Shown in pieces: positions 17,801 through 31,538 of a stretch of DNA of 64,000 nt. The notes beneath the pieces are model-generated. The model worked only from the letters and a program-made list of their open reading frames with translations, made no database searches and had not been told where the DNA came from. Source of the stretch: Tubulanus polymorphus (lineage: Eukaryota; Animalia; Nemertea); the NCBI RefSeq assembly GCF_964204645.1, contig NC_134025.1, positions 4,588,001 to 4,652,000 on the forward strand, given 5' to 3'. Numbering within the stretch: the first letter of the stretch is position 1; every line of letters begins with the position of its first letter. The translations under genes were made by a program, and so were the position numbers.

Positions 17801-20800
17801 GTTGTAGCGTGCTTCTAACCTACGAGTGCTCACAGTTCTAACCAAATAGCTTATTTCATCCAAATGTAATATGATGTTATTTTGAACCGCATGTTACTCT
17901 ATTCTCTACATAATAGTGGCGGAATTTTATACTGTCTTTGTTTGCATGATCATGTTCCCCTTGTGTATAGATTATGGCGATATTAATGAGCTGCTTGGGA
18001 CTTAATTAACTTTTACAACATCTCATTTACTATTGGGAATAAATGCTCGAGCATATGGACATCCGTTGTGAGTGTACATTCTATACCCTACTTCTCTCTC
18101 TATCAATTTCAACTGATTTTCACTATATTTTGCAGATTCACCTGAAGATCATCTTTTGAACGCAAAAAATAGCCAATTACAAAGATACCAACATGAATTG
18201 ATGGATGTAAGAGGCCAAATTGAAAAATTACTAGCCAGCAACACTACAGAAAATGGTCATTCCGCGATAAATGCCGGTAAGTAGTATGGATATCTTTTAT
18301 TATACAGCTCTGTAGTTCTGTATGCTCAGGTGTCACAGTTGCTGCAAACTGACGAGGTTATTCTCCGGTGTCTCTGCGTGAATAGGCTGCCCATGAGTGT
18401 CTCAGACAATCATTCCCCTGAGAATAATCTAATCCAAACAATTTTTGGAATTTCCGATATGCATTACTTCAACTGCCATTCCTTATGAGAGGAAGTTTCC
18501 TAGGATGGGTTTATGCAACCTACTGAATGCTATGTTCTCAGATGATGTTTTTCGATCTACAGTCGGCTGCGTATTCATCAACTATTTGCTTATTACATCA
18601 GCTCTGAGCTCATATCAATTCCGGAAATTTACGTCAGTGCCTCAGAAATTCAGTTGTTACATACTCATTTATGCGGCGGGGTGAGGCAGACATTAACGCT
18701 TAAAGCGTTACTAATATACTTAGTGAGAATCCCAAGAAAACAGGTAGTTTAATTCGAAGTACTGACTCAAGATAGCCAGTGTGAGTCAAGGCCATATTTC
18801 ATTCAGATGAAATCGTTTTATGGTCCACTAGATAGTGCTGTATATTCAATCGTATGGTCACGCAGAATCATGCGTGTGAATGTGGTTAGAACAGTGAAGT
18901 GTTGTGACAATATTAACTCCAGCTCATCAGTCACCATTTAGATTATTTCATCTCATCGTATACGTTAATGCTTCATCACAATACTTCTCAGTTTGACTCG
19001 GCTGTAGTACTGAGTATCTCACGTTTTACGTCTTGTCTCTCGCTGCGGATGAATAATTCTTTCAGAACGCATAAAGGAACTGTCGCCGAACTGTCTCTTG
19101 TTTGAATAATAAACAGGGATGATGTGGCTTTAGAGCTGTACCTTATTCAGTAACCAACATTCTTTCGTTTGTCCCCTGGAGAATTAAGCGATTGGTGGTA
19201 TCCAATATCCAATATTAAGTCTACCTGAATCTAGTCTTAGCTGTGCCACATGCATGAACCCATTGGATACATTCCTAATTCTTGTCATTTCATGTTAATT
19301 CAACCCCTTTAATGGATAGGTTACTTGCATATGGAACGTTACATTGATTTGAATAAACTGAATTTATACTGTGGCATTGTGTATTAGTCTTCGATGGGAG
19401 AAATACCTGTTTACTATGCTTCGTTTAATTCAGGACAATCATCTATCTTTATTAATGCAGTACAGCAGCAAACAGCAAATATATCATTGTTGATTTGTAT
19501 AAATTTACAGGCAAGCCATTTCTCCCTGTATTCCTGCTCAATAAACCAATTTGAGTTTGTAAAAATGTTGTTTGAATGTTCAGTATTTGTTGGCCATAAA
19601 TTGTCTTGTTTAAGGGCCATTTCTTATTCAAAAATGGAATTTAAGATATGATTGTATGCGGTATGAAATAGCTGAACCTGTTTTCAGGGCCCTTTCCTAA
19701 TCGGGATATGTCTAAAAGTCACTGTTAAATCAGATTATAGTGTAGTATGTATCATAGGAATACATATTTTATAACATATGCTGATAATTGTATAACGGAT
19801 ACTGAATGCTGCTGAATGGTGAAATATCCCTTGATTAACCTGTACGGTTTCCCCCATAATTGCTTAAATATTGATAGCAATTCTGATCATGGGTATCGGA
19901 AACTACGCAGTTTAGCAATGATCATTACCAAGTTATCGCTTTAACCCTCCCACAAAACGAATACATGTTCTAGCAATAGCATAAATATACCTGACAAATA
20001 TATAGGATTTGATACCAAGCATCAAAAAAGGATATTTCTAAATGTAATTTTACCAACAGATATTTTTGTTCATTTCAGTTTTTTAACTCCACCTCGATTT
20101 CAAATTTTGTCGATTCAATCAGGGAATGCATCTCATTCAATGAAATGGATTTAAGAATTTCCCACTGCAGAATATCACTGGTTAGAATATTCTAGGTTGC
20201 TTCCCATGAATGGCTCTTAGTCAATTTCTCATGAGGCCTGGTCGTAATTGGAAATGTACCGCAGATTTCGCATGTTTCAATTTCCACATGATGATTTAAT
20301 CTCACATCTGCTGTGGAAGGATGATTAGAATAGTAGAAATAATGAATTGTGAACTGCACTTCGCTATTGGTGGTGCAGTCAAATAATTTGTCTTTGGGTG
20401 TTACAATTTACAGATTTAGTTTGACATAATCAGTAGTTGCCAAATTTATGGAATATTTTGAGACCATCTCGCATCAATAATCGTTTGGTATCATTTATAT
20501 TTTATAGAAAATTTGGTTTTGGTACCCCTCAAAATACGCATCAGTAATGCACTTCGAAACTTAGCGCAAGGCTTGTATATGGCACACAACACAGGTAAAC
20601 TATATGAGAGTAGAAATTTTACTCAGTAGCAGTTCTTATGTTAACATTCATGATTTTTTGTTAGGTGATGAAGAGTTTAACGATAATGAAGTCAACAAAC
20701 AAGTTCAAGAGGCAGTAATCGAAGTGGTTGAAACGTATGTTGGTGAAAAAATCAATTTGGTAAGTGCTCATACATATATGTGTAGTATTGGATGCATTGC

Positions 20801-23800
20801 AATTGTATTTGTATGTGTCATGAATACAGGGATATGACATTTATTATTTCAGTATAATGACTTGGAGTTTCTCTGGTGATTGTCATAATATTTCAATCTT
20901 GTTTCCAGCCAGTGGATGAATTTGATGAACTCACGTCAAGCGATGACGGTTCTGTTGTTGAATCAATACCAGAATCTCACACATCACAGGCACCGGTGCA
21001 AGATTCATTAGCTCAAGCTATTGTTGTCAAAGTACGTGATAAGATTCTTTATAGCTTTCTATCTACTCATATGCACCGCTTGCCACATCAGGTCTTTGCT
21101 TCACACAGAAGTCTAAGTCTAACTTACTTCACACCGATTAAGCTAATCTATATATGGTTTGTTCAAATGCTTTGCTTGAATTTATTGCGTAGTATAGCAC
21201 TAATGAAGTTGTGGCACTACACTACATCCATCAGTTGAACGCTTAATTATTACATTACTGAGGAACCATAAAAGACAATATTGATTATATGTCAAAACGA
21301 TAGATACCGTGTTGTAAGATGCAATATTACCTGTTGATTTGAACTGATTTTCATTGCCAGAAAAAAACAATCTTAAGTCAACGTTTCATTTTTCCAGTAG
21401 TCAAATATTTGCTTAGGTCGAATATTAGTCGAACGAATGAGAATGTGGGTAATAATGTCGCTGATAAATGTTTGATTGGTAAAAGTCATTTATTAGCGTA
21501 ACATGTATTGATTAGTTCATTGGAATATTAGTTCGTGACATCAAGTGCTATGAAATATCACTTCAGCAATTTGTAAAATCATCCGGCGAATACTGAACTC
21601 GGACTAAACAACTATTTGTTTTACATTAGAAATCATTTGTATTCTATTTGAATATCAGAAATAAGAGAAGTAAATTTGTTTATGCTTAATAAATAGTGAT
21701 TAGCGGTGAAAGATAAATGAAATGCAAATATGTCGCTAAGTACAGTACATATACTTTTATGCAAGTATCACTTGCCTGTTGCCTGTAATAAACACAATGT
21801 ATTTAAGAAATTTCGCATCGCCAGTTTTCCGATACCTACCCACTACTGTCAAGTACTGGCAGCATTTCAAGTCTTAAGCTGACACTATTCTCATTAAGTA
21901 CTTCATGATGTAGGTTTCGTTTCAAATTAAAAGCTGTAATGGAAATAGCTACAAAAATAAGCTTTGTTCTGATGACTGTCAACTTACTGATACCGACGAC
22001 TGTCAACTTACTGATACCGTCAGACTAGATGAGATTAAAAAAATATTTTGATCTCATCCCGATGTTGTTCAAGCTGTTCTTAGAATTTTCAAATGATTAG
22101 AAAGATTTTTATAACATCTTGATGAAAATTCTTTGAACACTCTTCATGTGCTTCTTTGTTGCATATGACAGTTAGCTTAATCAAATCAGTCCCTGAGACT
22201 TGATAAGCTATATTTCTTCTGTAGATAATCAATGATTACAATGAAGCTGAAGATGCTAAGATTGCGAAGATAAAAGAGGAAGAAGCGATTAGAGAGCTCG
22301 AAGAATTGGCTCTGTTTTCACAAGAAATTCAGTCGCATGTACAGATAACGAAGCCAGTTGTGAAAGAAGTCATTGAGGAAGTCAATTCGGATGATGAAAA
22401 AGACTCAGCTGAAGAAGAGGAAATTGTACCATTAAGCGTAGAACGGGAACAATACATGAGGACCCCGACTGAATTTTTCGACAAAAATGAAATTGTTTCA
22501 AATAATTATAACCAAGAACCACCAAGTCCAAATTTCGGTCCTCATCCAAATTTCGTACAAACACAATTATTAGGGAAATCGTCACCATTGCCGAGTTTCG
22601 AGCCGTCTCCGTTAGGATATGATGAAATTGATTTCGATAATTTTTCGTCGTTGAAGTTTGGCACATCAGATATCAACGGAGAGGAGCATTTGGGAGATAA
22701 TGGTGACGAAGATATTGATGGTGAATTCAAGGCAAATAATTGGTTGTTAAAAGGCACAATGGGAGATGAGGAATATAAAATGGATACGTCCTCATCTGGA
22801 TTTAAGATAACTATGCCACAGTTCAGTCATCGAGCTTCTCCCATGGTTGGAAACAGGTTTGTATTGAACTTCAAGGCTATTCAGATGAATTGCTTTGAAA
22901 CTGTGTCTTTCTAAGAAGAATGTATCTTAATTTTCTAGAGAAGTGGATGAACTTTCGGATTTGACAAGTGTTGGTGCAGATGATTTGACCGACGATGATG
23001 AAGGTGGTGATAATGATACCGTAGCCAGTTTATCGAGTGTTGAAGAATTAGAAGAAGAAACAGAGCACTGCGACAAAAATCTGCGGAAATCTGCAGAATT
23101 ACCGGTCACTTCTTCAGAGTCGAATTCTAGTCAAACAGTTGATATGGATGTAAAAAATGACAATGTAAATATAGATGATGATAATAGTGTGTCTGCCGGT
23201 GTTGAAAGGACTGAAAATAAAACTGCATTCGATGAAAAAACAGGTGTATTAAACAACGTGATTATAAAAGCTGTGGAGAATGTTGTTGTAAGTCAGGACG
23301 TTTGTACCGATCCTGTGTTCGATCGTTTGCCGGTAGATATAAGCGTTCCTGAGGGAGAGATGATGAGATTTTCTTGCCAAGTTTCCGGAACTTCTCCGAT
23401 TGGTAGGTGGTTTAAATGAATTAGCTATTGAGTTACCAAGAGATATCAAATTAAATGGTGAAAGCCTTTTTTGTTTCAAATTGAGTGGTAGGTTTCAGAT
23501 TTTGTCAGAATACTCCTACGTACACAGTTCTTGATATCATTCCTGCCTGCATGCAACATAGTGTGCTTCAAATGCTATCATATCAGATTATCTTGCTTGA
23601 AAGAATGTAATAAAATCTAGATTTTCTAGTTCCTAATGCAAAATCCGCTTAATCTGAAGTCAGTGTAACTAAAATGTGAATTCAGATAGAACAAAATGTT
23701 ATCTAAGCCAATGATTAGGTTACAGTGGTGTTGGAACTATAGCGACTGCTGTGGTGAAAGCTGTGGCAATAATTTACAGAATGACGTTTTTTTTTCTATC

Positions 23801-26800
23801 TTCCAATGGACCTTAGGGTTATCTACTAAGAATGGACTGTATTGTAATTTATTTGAACTTATATGATATTTGATGCTGTATATTTAAAACTGGTTTTACA
23901 GACGTTTTTTGGTATCGAGATGGGGGAAAAGATATTGATCAGCTAGAAGACAATGATAAATACGATATCTATAGACATGGCAATGATTTTTATTTGGATG
24001 TGTATGATACCTGCGAGAAAGATGCTGGTGGCTATCTTTGTATTGGAATCAATGAACAAGGCCAATGTAGTCACACAGTACAAGGCAGAGTCACTGGTAA
24101 GGAAAATAGGTTGATGAATACCTGTAGTATGTTGCATATTCTATAACAATACCAGTACATAATTTAATTGCACAAGAATTTTCTATTGCTTTGACATACT
24201 AGTGCATGCATGATGTTAATTGTTCCAGCTAATCTACTGGATAAACATAAACCTGAATTCATCAAATCCCTTGAAGATGTTGAAGTCATCGAAGGTCAAA
24301 CTGCAAAATTTTTTGTCAAAGTCAAGGGATATCCGATTGCCAAAGTAACTTGGTACAAGGATGGTAAAAAGATCAAAGCTAATGATGAAAAGTTTAAGAT
24401 GATCAAAATAGGAAATCGGCATCATGAATTAGTGATTAGCTGTGCAATGATTGAAGAAGATGCAGAGTATGCGGTCATTGCCAGTAATGTGGTAGGCAAG
24501 GCTAAAACTTATGCCCAATTGATTGTGGAACCAGCTCCTCAACAACAAGCAGGTGTTGTAAAAGGCTTTCATATATAATTTCCTTCATGATAGTTTCATA
24601 TTTGAATGGTTTTTCATAAGATTTCTTATTTGACATTGCAGAATCGCCTAAGAGGCCCATGTCTTTGCCTATTGCATCATCCACCCTCAATTCTAGTACG
24701 AGTGAAGTCAACAAATTAGACAGTTTATCGTACAAGGTTACCAAGACACGAAGCAATGTAACAAACACCGCAGAAAATGTGCTGACATCTGCTCAAAAGG
24801 TTTCTGTTTATCTTATGCATATATTTGTAGATCTGTAGATTTTTCTGGTACATGTGATTTTAAATGTGATTTACTTCTATTAGATTTCGGACATTGATCG
24901 AGACCTTGATGAAATGGAAAATCGATTGGATAATATGGAGACAAATGTTATGTCTACTAATGCTGTACTAAAGAATAATCGTTATTTAGATGACGATGAT
25001 GACAGTATTGAAGACATTTTAGCGAGATATACTGAGAAGGTACAATGCATAACATAATAGCAGAAATTTGTCAATGAATTCTTTGTCTCGCTGATTTTTC
25101 ACAATAACTGTGATTGCGATATTTTCAGAAAAAGGCTGCTGCAAACATTCGAGCGGTTACATCAACAGCAATGGATGTACTCGCTGATGCTGAACCAACA
25201 ACAGTGAAAGAAACACCGAGATTTAGTACTCCAGTCGTTCAAGCTATAATAAAATCTGATAAAACGAATGTATCAACAGGGCAATATAACTTGAATCAAG
25301 TAAATTCAAACAATAATTATATCACTGAAGATACAACTGCTGATGAAAATGAAGTTCAGTTAACAAATTATCGCAGTGTTTCCTCTTCACCGCCACCTAT
25401 TCCTGCTTTGAATGAAAATCCCACCACTTCACTTCAACCTGAATCTGTCACTGAATCACAATATTCCCAACCGCTGTCGATTGAAATTGACAATGCTGCA
25501 TACCACAAGCCACAAGAACAACGCTTAAAACCAAATGTTCATAAATTGGCGCCAAACATTCCGAGCAATGACAACGATGGGGATATGCTGATAGATTGTG
25601 GTCTGAAACGTGTTGATTCAAAACGGTATAAACGTGACTACCACATCAACAGAGCAGCAGTCGCTGAAAAGAAGAATTCTAATATTAATCCTCCACCGCC
25701 GCACCAACAAGATACAAATGAAGTTGTGAAGAATGTTACTGAGAAATTGGAAAATTTTGTCTGTGAAACAGAAGATGAGGTAAAAATTACTTATGCAAAA
25801 ATTTTATTGTTAGAAATATGTGGAATGTGCAATTAGCTACATTTACATGTACAGTAGTTAAAACGAATTTACCTTCTAAGTAATGAATATTGTAAAAATT
25901 ATATGCATGAAAATTTTCAGCCAAGTCAAGCAGCGGTATCATCTCCAGCAGCATGTGAGGAGGATGAAAATCAGAAATATGTAATTTTTTATGAAGTATT
26001 TTTTATTTGAGGAAATGGTGAAGGATTTGTCAGTGCTTTTCGTTTACCAGTACCCGTTTACCAGTACCAAAAAATTATTTGTCTCGACCTTATGTCAACT
26101 GATGAAAGCTCTTGGAGCAAATGCTAAAAAAACGTTTCATCATAATTTCTTGGTACTGGATCTCTGTAGCCGGATTTGGGCCTTTGGCTTAAGAATTAAA
26201 CGATCAGTTATTTAAAAGAACCTAACGATGTAGAAAAATGATTTAACTCTCCAATAATTTGATTTTGTGAGGATTTGATTGATTGTCTGACACTAGTATA
26301 GTTGTATCATGAATTGTTTCGTAACGCTGCTTCAATCAGTTAACATGATATCCCTATTTTAATTGGAATGCAAATGTCAGTAATGATTACACTGAGCCGA
26401 TATTTAAATGGTTTTTTCATTCAGACAAAATAAAGACTAATCATTCATTTTATATTTTTCAGGTATATATGGTTGCCGGTGATATGTTTTCATTGGAAGA
26501 AAAAATAAAGAAATTAGAATCGAAGATCAATGATGTTGGTGACGACACGTCTCCTGAGGTGATTGCTGCTCTTGAGGAAGAGGTTGCGCGAGCAGTCGCT
26601 CAGGTTTCACAGAGTGAAAAACGGGTATGCCCCTTAATCAGACATAGATTGATAATTAATCGATGATTACTTTGATTCATTTCATTAATTGTTTTGAAAA
26701 TGATGTATTGATGATTACCAGATTACACCTCTTCTCAGTCAATTCGCAGGCCTCCCATCTTCTATTTACCACGTATTATGATAGCTTACTACTGCTTTAT

Positions 26801-29028
26801 TTTACACCCCATCATTTGAATGATGTTTATAAGTTCTCCAATCATTGGATCCCGGAACTCTGACATTCTTGAATATTGAAATCTTCTGCCAAATTTGTAT
26901 GATTATGCTCATTTTGACTGCAGGTGGCCCACATAGAAAGTCATGTTGGTGATCTGAACAATATTGTTTCAAACCCAGCATTTCAGTCGCAGTATTCATT
27001 CAACTCCGAGGCTGACTCGGTTGCAGACTCTGGCCTGTCTACCGGTGCAACAACTCCTGTTGATTTGATGTCCCCGAGATCAAGTTTGGAGCAGTCATCA
27101 CCTATTTCCTATCCATCAAGCGTTAATGAAGAAAATGTACCTTTACCATCTGTCAAGCGACTTTCGGCTATATTCGATAGTGCTCCCGCACTTCCCTCTC
27201 CAAAATCAGCTCATTGCAAACGTGTAAGTTTAAGATAAACCGATTGTTACCTAAATCAAGTCCAATCGCGATGATTATTCAGTGATTGGCCATTGGTAAT
27301 CAGTTTGTGGAAATTCTTTTATTTCTGCTGTGAAATGATTAGTATATCTTAGTAGATCAATTTCATAATTTTGAGCCCAGAAATATATGTATGCCAATCT
27401 GCAGTAATGGCTTGTATCGTCAAATTAGGTAACTCATGATCCCATACTGTAATTGGTGAGTAGAAGAACTCAAAATTGGCACGGGCAAGCATGAATTCCT
27501 GGCTCATAATCATAGGGTTGTGTATTTATTACAAACACAACTTTTACCTGGATTTTTTATCCATGGTTTCTACGTCATGTGAATGTGATAGATAGATGAC
27601 TCCTCTACATTCCTCTGGCATGCTTATATCATACTTATATGGCAGCGTTCACATAGCATGTACGATTTCAAGATGTACATACATGTACATTGTGGACGAG
27701 ACATATCCTCAATACGACAAAAACTGCCTGATGCGAAACTAAATTACCATTTCATGTATCACAACGCTCTCACCCTACTTCCTAATTAAAGAAATTGATA
27801 TCCTTGCGTCGGTGAAATGGCGGTTGCATCTTATAGATAATTTTTTCAATGTGTACCTGTTATTATTAGGCTATTGAAGTCTGATGTTATGATGTCCACA
27901 CTGCGGTTGGATGGGGATGTTCAGTCAAGTACAGATGGAGGGGGGTTTGAAATGTGGAAGAATTGGCCATACATGTACATACTATTTGAACGCTCCCTAT
28001 CAGTAGAGAATCCCTTAAGCTAAAAATTTCAATTTTTTCGCATAGTTTTCACATGTGTACTGCAGGTAAGTTTAATTAAAGTATTTTTGTCTTTGTTGTC
28101 ACACGATACATTTTTCATGTAGAGTACATATTACCTCCTGCACAATGTACCAGTACTAGTTTTGTAGGCTGCAACCTCTTCAAAGATCAGTTCAAGATAC
28201 CTAATGCAGATAGATATTTCTTATTTGTGCATCTCACCTTATCTTTTGCTTCAGATTTCTTGTGAGTTGGTGGTCTATTATTGTCATCCTTATGAGTAAT
28301 GTGTGGAATATGAATGACTTTTGGACCTATGCATATTTTTTGCCATTTAATTCTGCTTTTTTGACATAATCTCTTACATTGAGATGAAAATACCACTTAC
28401 TTAGTCCTACTCGGACATAGTTAAACTTGTCCTTTGTGAACATTATTGAAATTAAACAGTATCAAGTTATGGTCCAGATATTCCATTGGTCGTATGGTAA
28501 TTGGCTACTCTTGCGTATTTAGATGGATGTAGTTGTACATTCTGCTTGATTTATTGACAGGTAATGAGCTTAACAGCTCGTACACCAATTCTGCTGCCAT
28601 CAAGTAGTCCTGGAAGTCCAGTCGTGCGTCGAAACCACCTGAAACCAGATACAGCTCGACAGCGTCCAAAATCAGATAACTACGAAACCCTCAGTCCGGC
28701 ATCATCGGCCAATGAGAGAAAACGTTCATCTCTGCATTCAGCGATAAAGAAAGAAGCCTCTCCGCGATCACTGCTCAGTCAAAATCCTCGTACATTTTCA
28801 TTACCAGCTACTCCGACCAATTCGCATATCGTGTATCAGTCTCCGAAGCCTTTATTACCATCACCTCAGAGTCCTACTACAGATAACGCTAAACTAAAAG
28901 GTCAAAGAAGTGGTAACATACTTGCCAGAGCTGCATTCTGGGATTCACGAATTAATGAATGTGTTACATCGGACCATGACATTCAGTCATTCCCTGTAAT
29001 GGATGATGAAAATGTAGACTTGTTGTGA
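8889..29028 (+). CDS. MYRIP: Rab27 effector of the MyRIP/melanophilin (Slac2) type with two internal Ig I-set domains, about 1630 aa
   Basis: Phase-compatible exons 8889-8998 ([32 protein letters not shown]), 12292-12513 (zinc finger CIRC..CHGC..CSNC..CTIC), 13591-13694 (SCDWFYTDVNKRFKRFGSAKVVRSL), 13800-13913, 17069-17401, 18136-18276, 20508-20594, 20665-20759, 20909-21031, 22225-22856, 22939-23402, 23902-24096, 24229-24552, 24642-24799, 24884-25039, 25129-25779, 25921-25980 (tentative), 26463-26624 (VYMVAGDMFSLEEKI..LEEEVARAVAQV, MyRIP-like C-terminal helix), 26924-27223, 28561-29028. Confidence 0.85.
12708..12744. repeat. (ATTC)n microsatellite
   Basis: About 9 tandem ATTC units in an intron. 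Confidence 0.9.
21973..22019. repeat. Two-copy tandem duplication of about 24 bp
   Basis: GACTGTCAACTTACTGATACCG occurs twice in tandem. Confidence 0.85.
27641..27997. mobile_element. Degenerate MITE in a MyRIP intron
   Basis: Left end GGCAGCGTTCACATAGCATGTAC matches the reverse complement of the right end GTACATACTATTTGAACGCTCCC. Confidence 0.5.
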
Positions 29029-31006
29029 TTTCAGTATGTACACAATACACAAAGTTTTGCATTTCTAGATCAATTACCTTTGCATTGTTTAGTATTAAAG
29101 ATAAGGTATTGAAAATTTGTATATTTTGATATAGATGATAACCTTCCTTTCGTCCATTGAATTTAGGGTGAATTGAAAAATAGTTTCTTGATTTTGAGAA
29201 AAAATTGTCATTTGAAAGTTCGAAACAACACAATTCACTTACTATAGGATTATCATTCATTTCTTGTAGCATTTTATTTTTTATAAACTATAGGACAGAA
29301 TTTGATTATTATGACTAACATAGATGTAAATATACATTGTTTATTTCCTTTATATTTATTAATGAGAGTATATATTTATTTGAATATATTGCGGATGCTT
29401 GATTAGAAATACTAGTTACATCCAATGATTTCAAAAATCATGATCAATAATAATGGCAAATTATAATATTTTGGATGAATCTGCCTGGGAACTACTTAAC
29501 TGATGATAATGTATAATATAATGTGTAATATATAAAGTATTTATGTTGACTTTGAATATGTTCTTTGATCTATAAATGTGGGAGATTTACTGTAAACTAT
29601 TTCACAATTTGAAGTGAATGAATGTGATATACAGATAAGTAAGTCAAATGGTGCATCAAACTTAGAATCCTAATGCAAATTTCTATATACCAGTAAGGAG
29701 AATAAAAGAAATTAATATCTTATCATGCTAGGGGATTTTATTTGGGTTCTAAGAAAGTCAAGTGATGAGCAATGCAATCAAATTGTTTAAATGTTATGTA
29801 GTAGGAGCCTACATTGATTGTTATACATGTTTGAGACAGTTTGTGATTGTTTGTGCAATAAAATAAATGTGAATAAACCTTCGGAGATTTTTTGTTTGTT
29901 TGTTAAGTTGGCTTTACGTCGCTGGATCTTGGTTTCCCAAAACTAACCCTATTGGATTATTCATTTAACCTACGACGTTATTATATTATTCGATACTGCA
30001 ATTAGTTTAGTCTCTCATCGACAATGTGAAATACTAATCATATTCAAAAGTTCGTGGACGCCAGCAAATTCATCCGGATTCACCCGTGGCTACTTCATTA
30101 TGAACAATCGGCCTTTGGTAAGCGATTATGTGTCCGGGCCCGCGTCATCGAAATAGAATGACCTCTGGTTAGCGACCCTATTACAGGTGGCAGCACCTTA
30201 CGGCATATCTTGTGATAATTATTACGACAGCCATATTTTTACGCTGATGTGTCCTTCATTTCTTGCGTAGCTTACACCACTTCGTATTATTATTTCGCCA
30301 ACGATTTAGAACCGATCTGGTTTTCTCGTCCGCAGAGGAAATAGAATAAATTAGAACATTTTGGTAAGTTGAAAGTTGGAATATCTATCTATGATGCCGA
30401 TGGGTCTAGAGCGACAGTAGATGAGACAATCCATCCTGGTCTGGATTTGTGCCGTGGTTTGGGTAGTCGAATTTTTCCCATTTAATCAATCATTTATGCC
30501 TCATCACTGAGGCTACGTAAAAAAGGGAATGAGAATGGGACTGGATGATTATTACTGATCCCTATATTTTCCTCCAATCCCCTCTATTTACTTCCACAAT
30601 GCTTTTTGTTGTCAACTTGCATAAACACACTTGTCATCATGACATTTGCCGTTAGTTTTGTTATCATTCAGTAAATTATACTGCAGCTTTCGCCGCTTCA
30701 GTTCCAACACCAAAAATGACTCCATTTTTCACTTGTAACACCGTAGTTCGTTTGACAAAACTGCGTGTCATTTTTATATCTGAAATTTAATCATACCAAA
30801 ATAGATTTGATAGTCCAAACGATATAATTAACAAATGCAAAATGTCATAAGGTCAGTGTATTTATCAGAAACATGTTTTCAAACCGAGATATTGCAGTTT
30901 AAACGCAGAAAAAGAATCGACCAAATTTTGGTGAAGCAATATTCTGGGTGGGTGGTTTAGGTGATGAGTCTTGCTGTGGCACTCCAGGAATGGGTGAATA
31001 TATATA

Positions 31007-31431
31007 GGGTCCTCCTTATTACCGAGATGACGTATTTTACCGAGATGAACCGAGATGACATGATATATAACATATTTATTTATTCCTTATCGATTTTAAC
31101 ACTTGAAATGATGTTATATCAGTAATAAATACCTTCTAGAGTCATATTTTGCATATTTTTCCGGATATTTTGTAAAAAAAAATTTGACTTCAAATACGTA
31201 ATCTCGGTTAACAAATAAAATTTCATTGAATTTGATTGATCGACGATCCCATCTCGGTAAAGTTAAAAGTTATTTTTCTACAAAAATATCTGACAAAATA
31301 TGACTCCAGCAGGCATTTATTACTGATATAATATGATATATCAAGTGTTAAAATCGATAAGGAATAAATAAATATATTATATTTCATGTCATCTTGGTAA
31401 AATACGTCATCTCGGTATTAAGGATGACCGC
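31007..31431. mobile_element. Foldback/MITE with ~150-bp inverted arms, in the BI-1 5' intron
   Basis: GGTCCTCCTTATTACCGAGATGACGTATTTTACCGAGATGA..ATTTATTTATTCCTTATCGATTTTAACACTTGA is mirrored at ~31290-31430. Internal ACCGAGAT subrepeats; TA-rich flanks. Confidence 0.85.
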
Positions 31432-31538
31432 TTATATATTGAATGCAATTTTTGAGTTATTTATTTACACACCAACTCATTGCTGTTATTCTTTACTCTT
31501 TTTGTAGCGAAAGAAGGTTTCTTGCAAACAACATCAAG

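Noticed and set aside
26090-26130. CTGATGAAAGCTCTTGGAGCAAATGC hammerhead-like string
   Set aside because: Lacks GAAA, a cleavage triplet and a convincing stem I.
30178-30200. CTCF-like CAGGTGGCAGCAC upstream of BI-1
   Set aside because: The 5' half of the motif does not match; a single partial hit is weak evidence.
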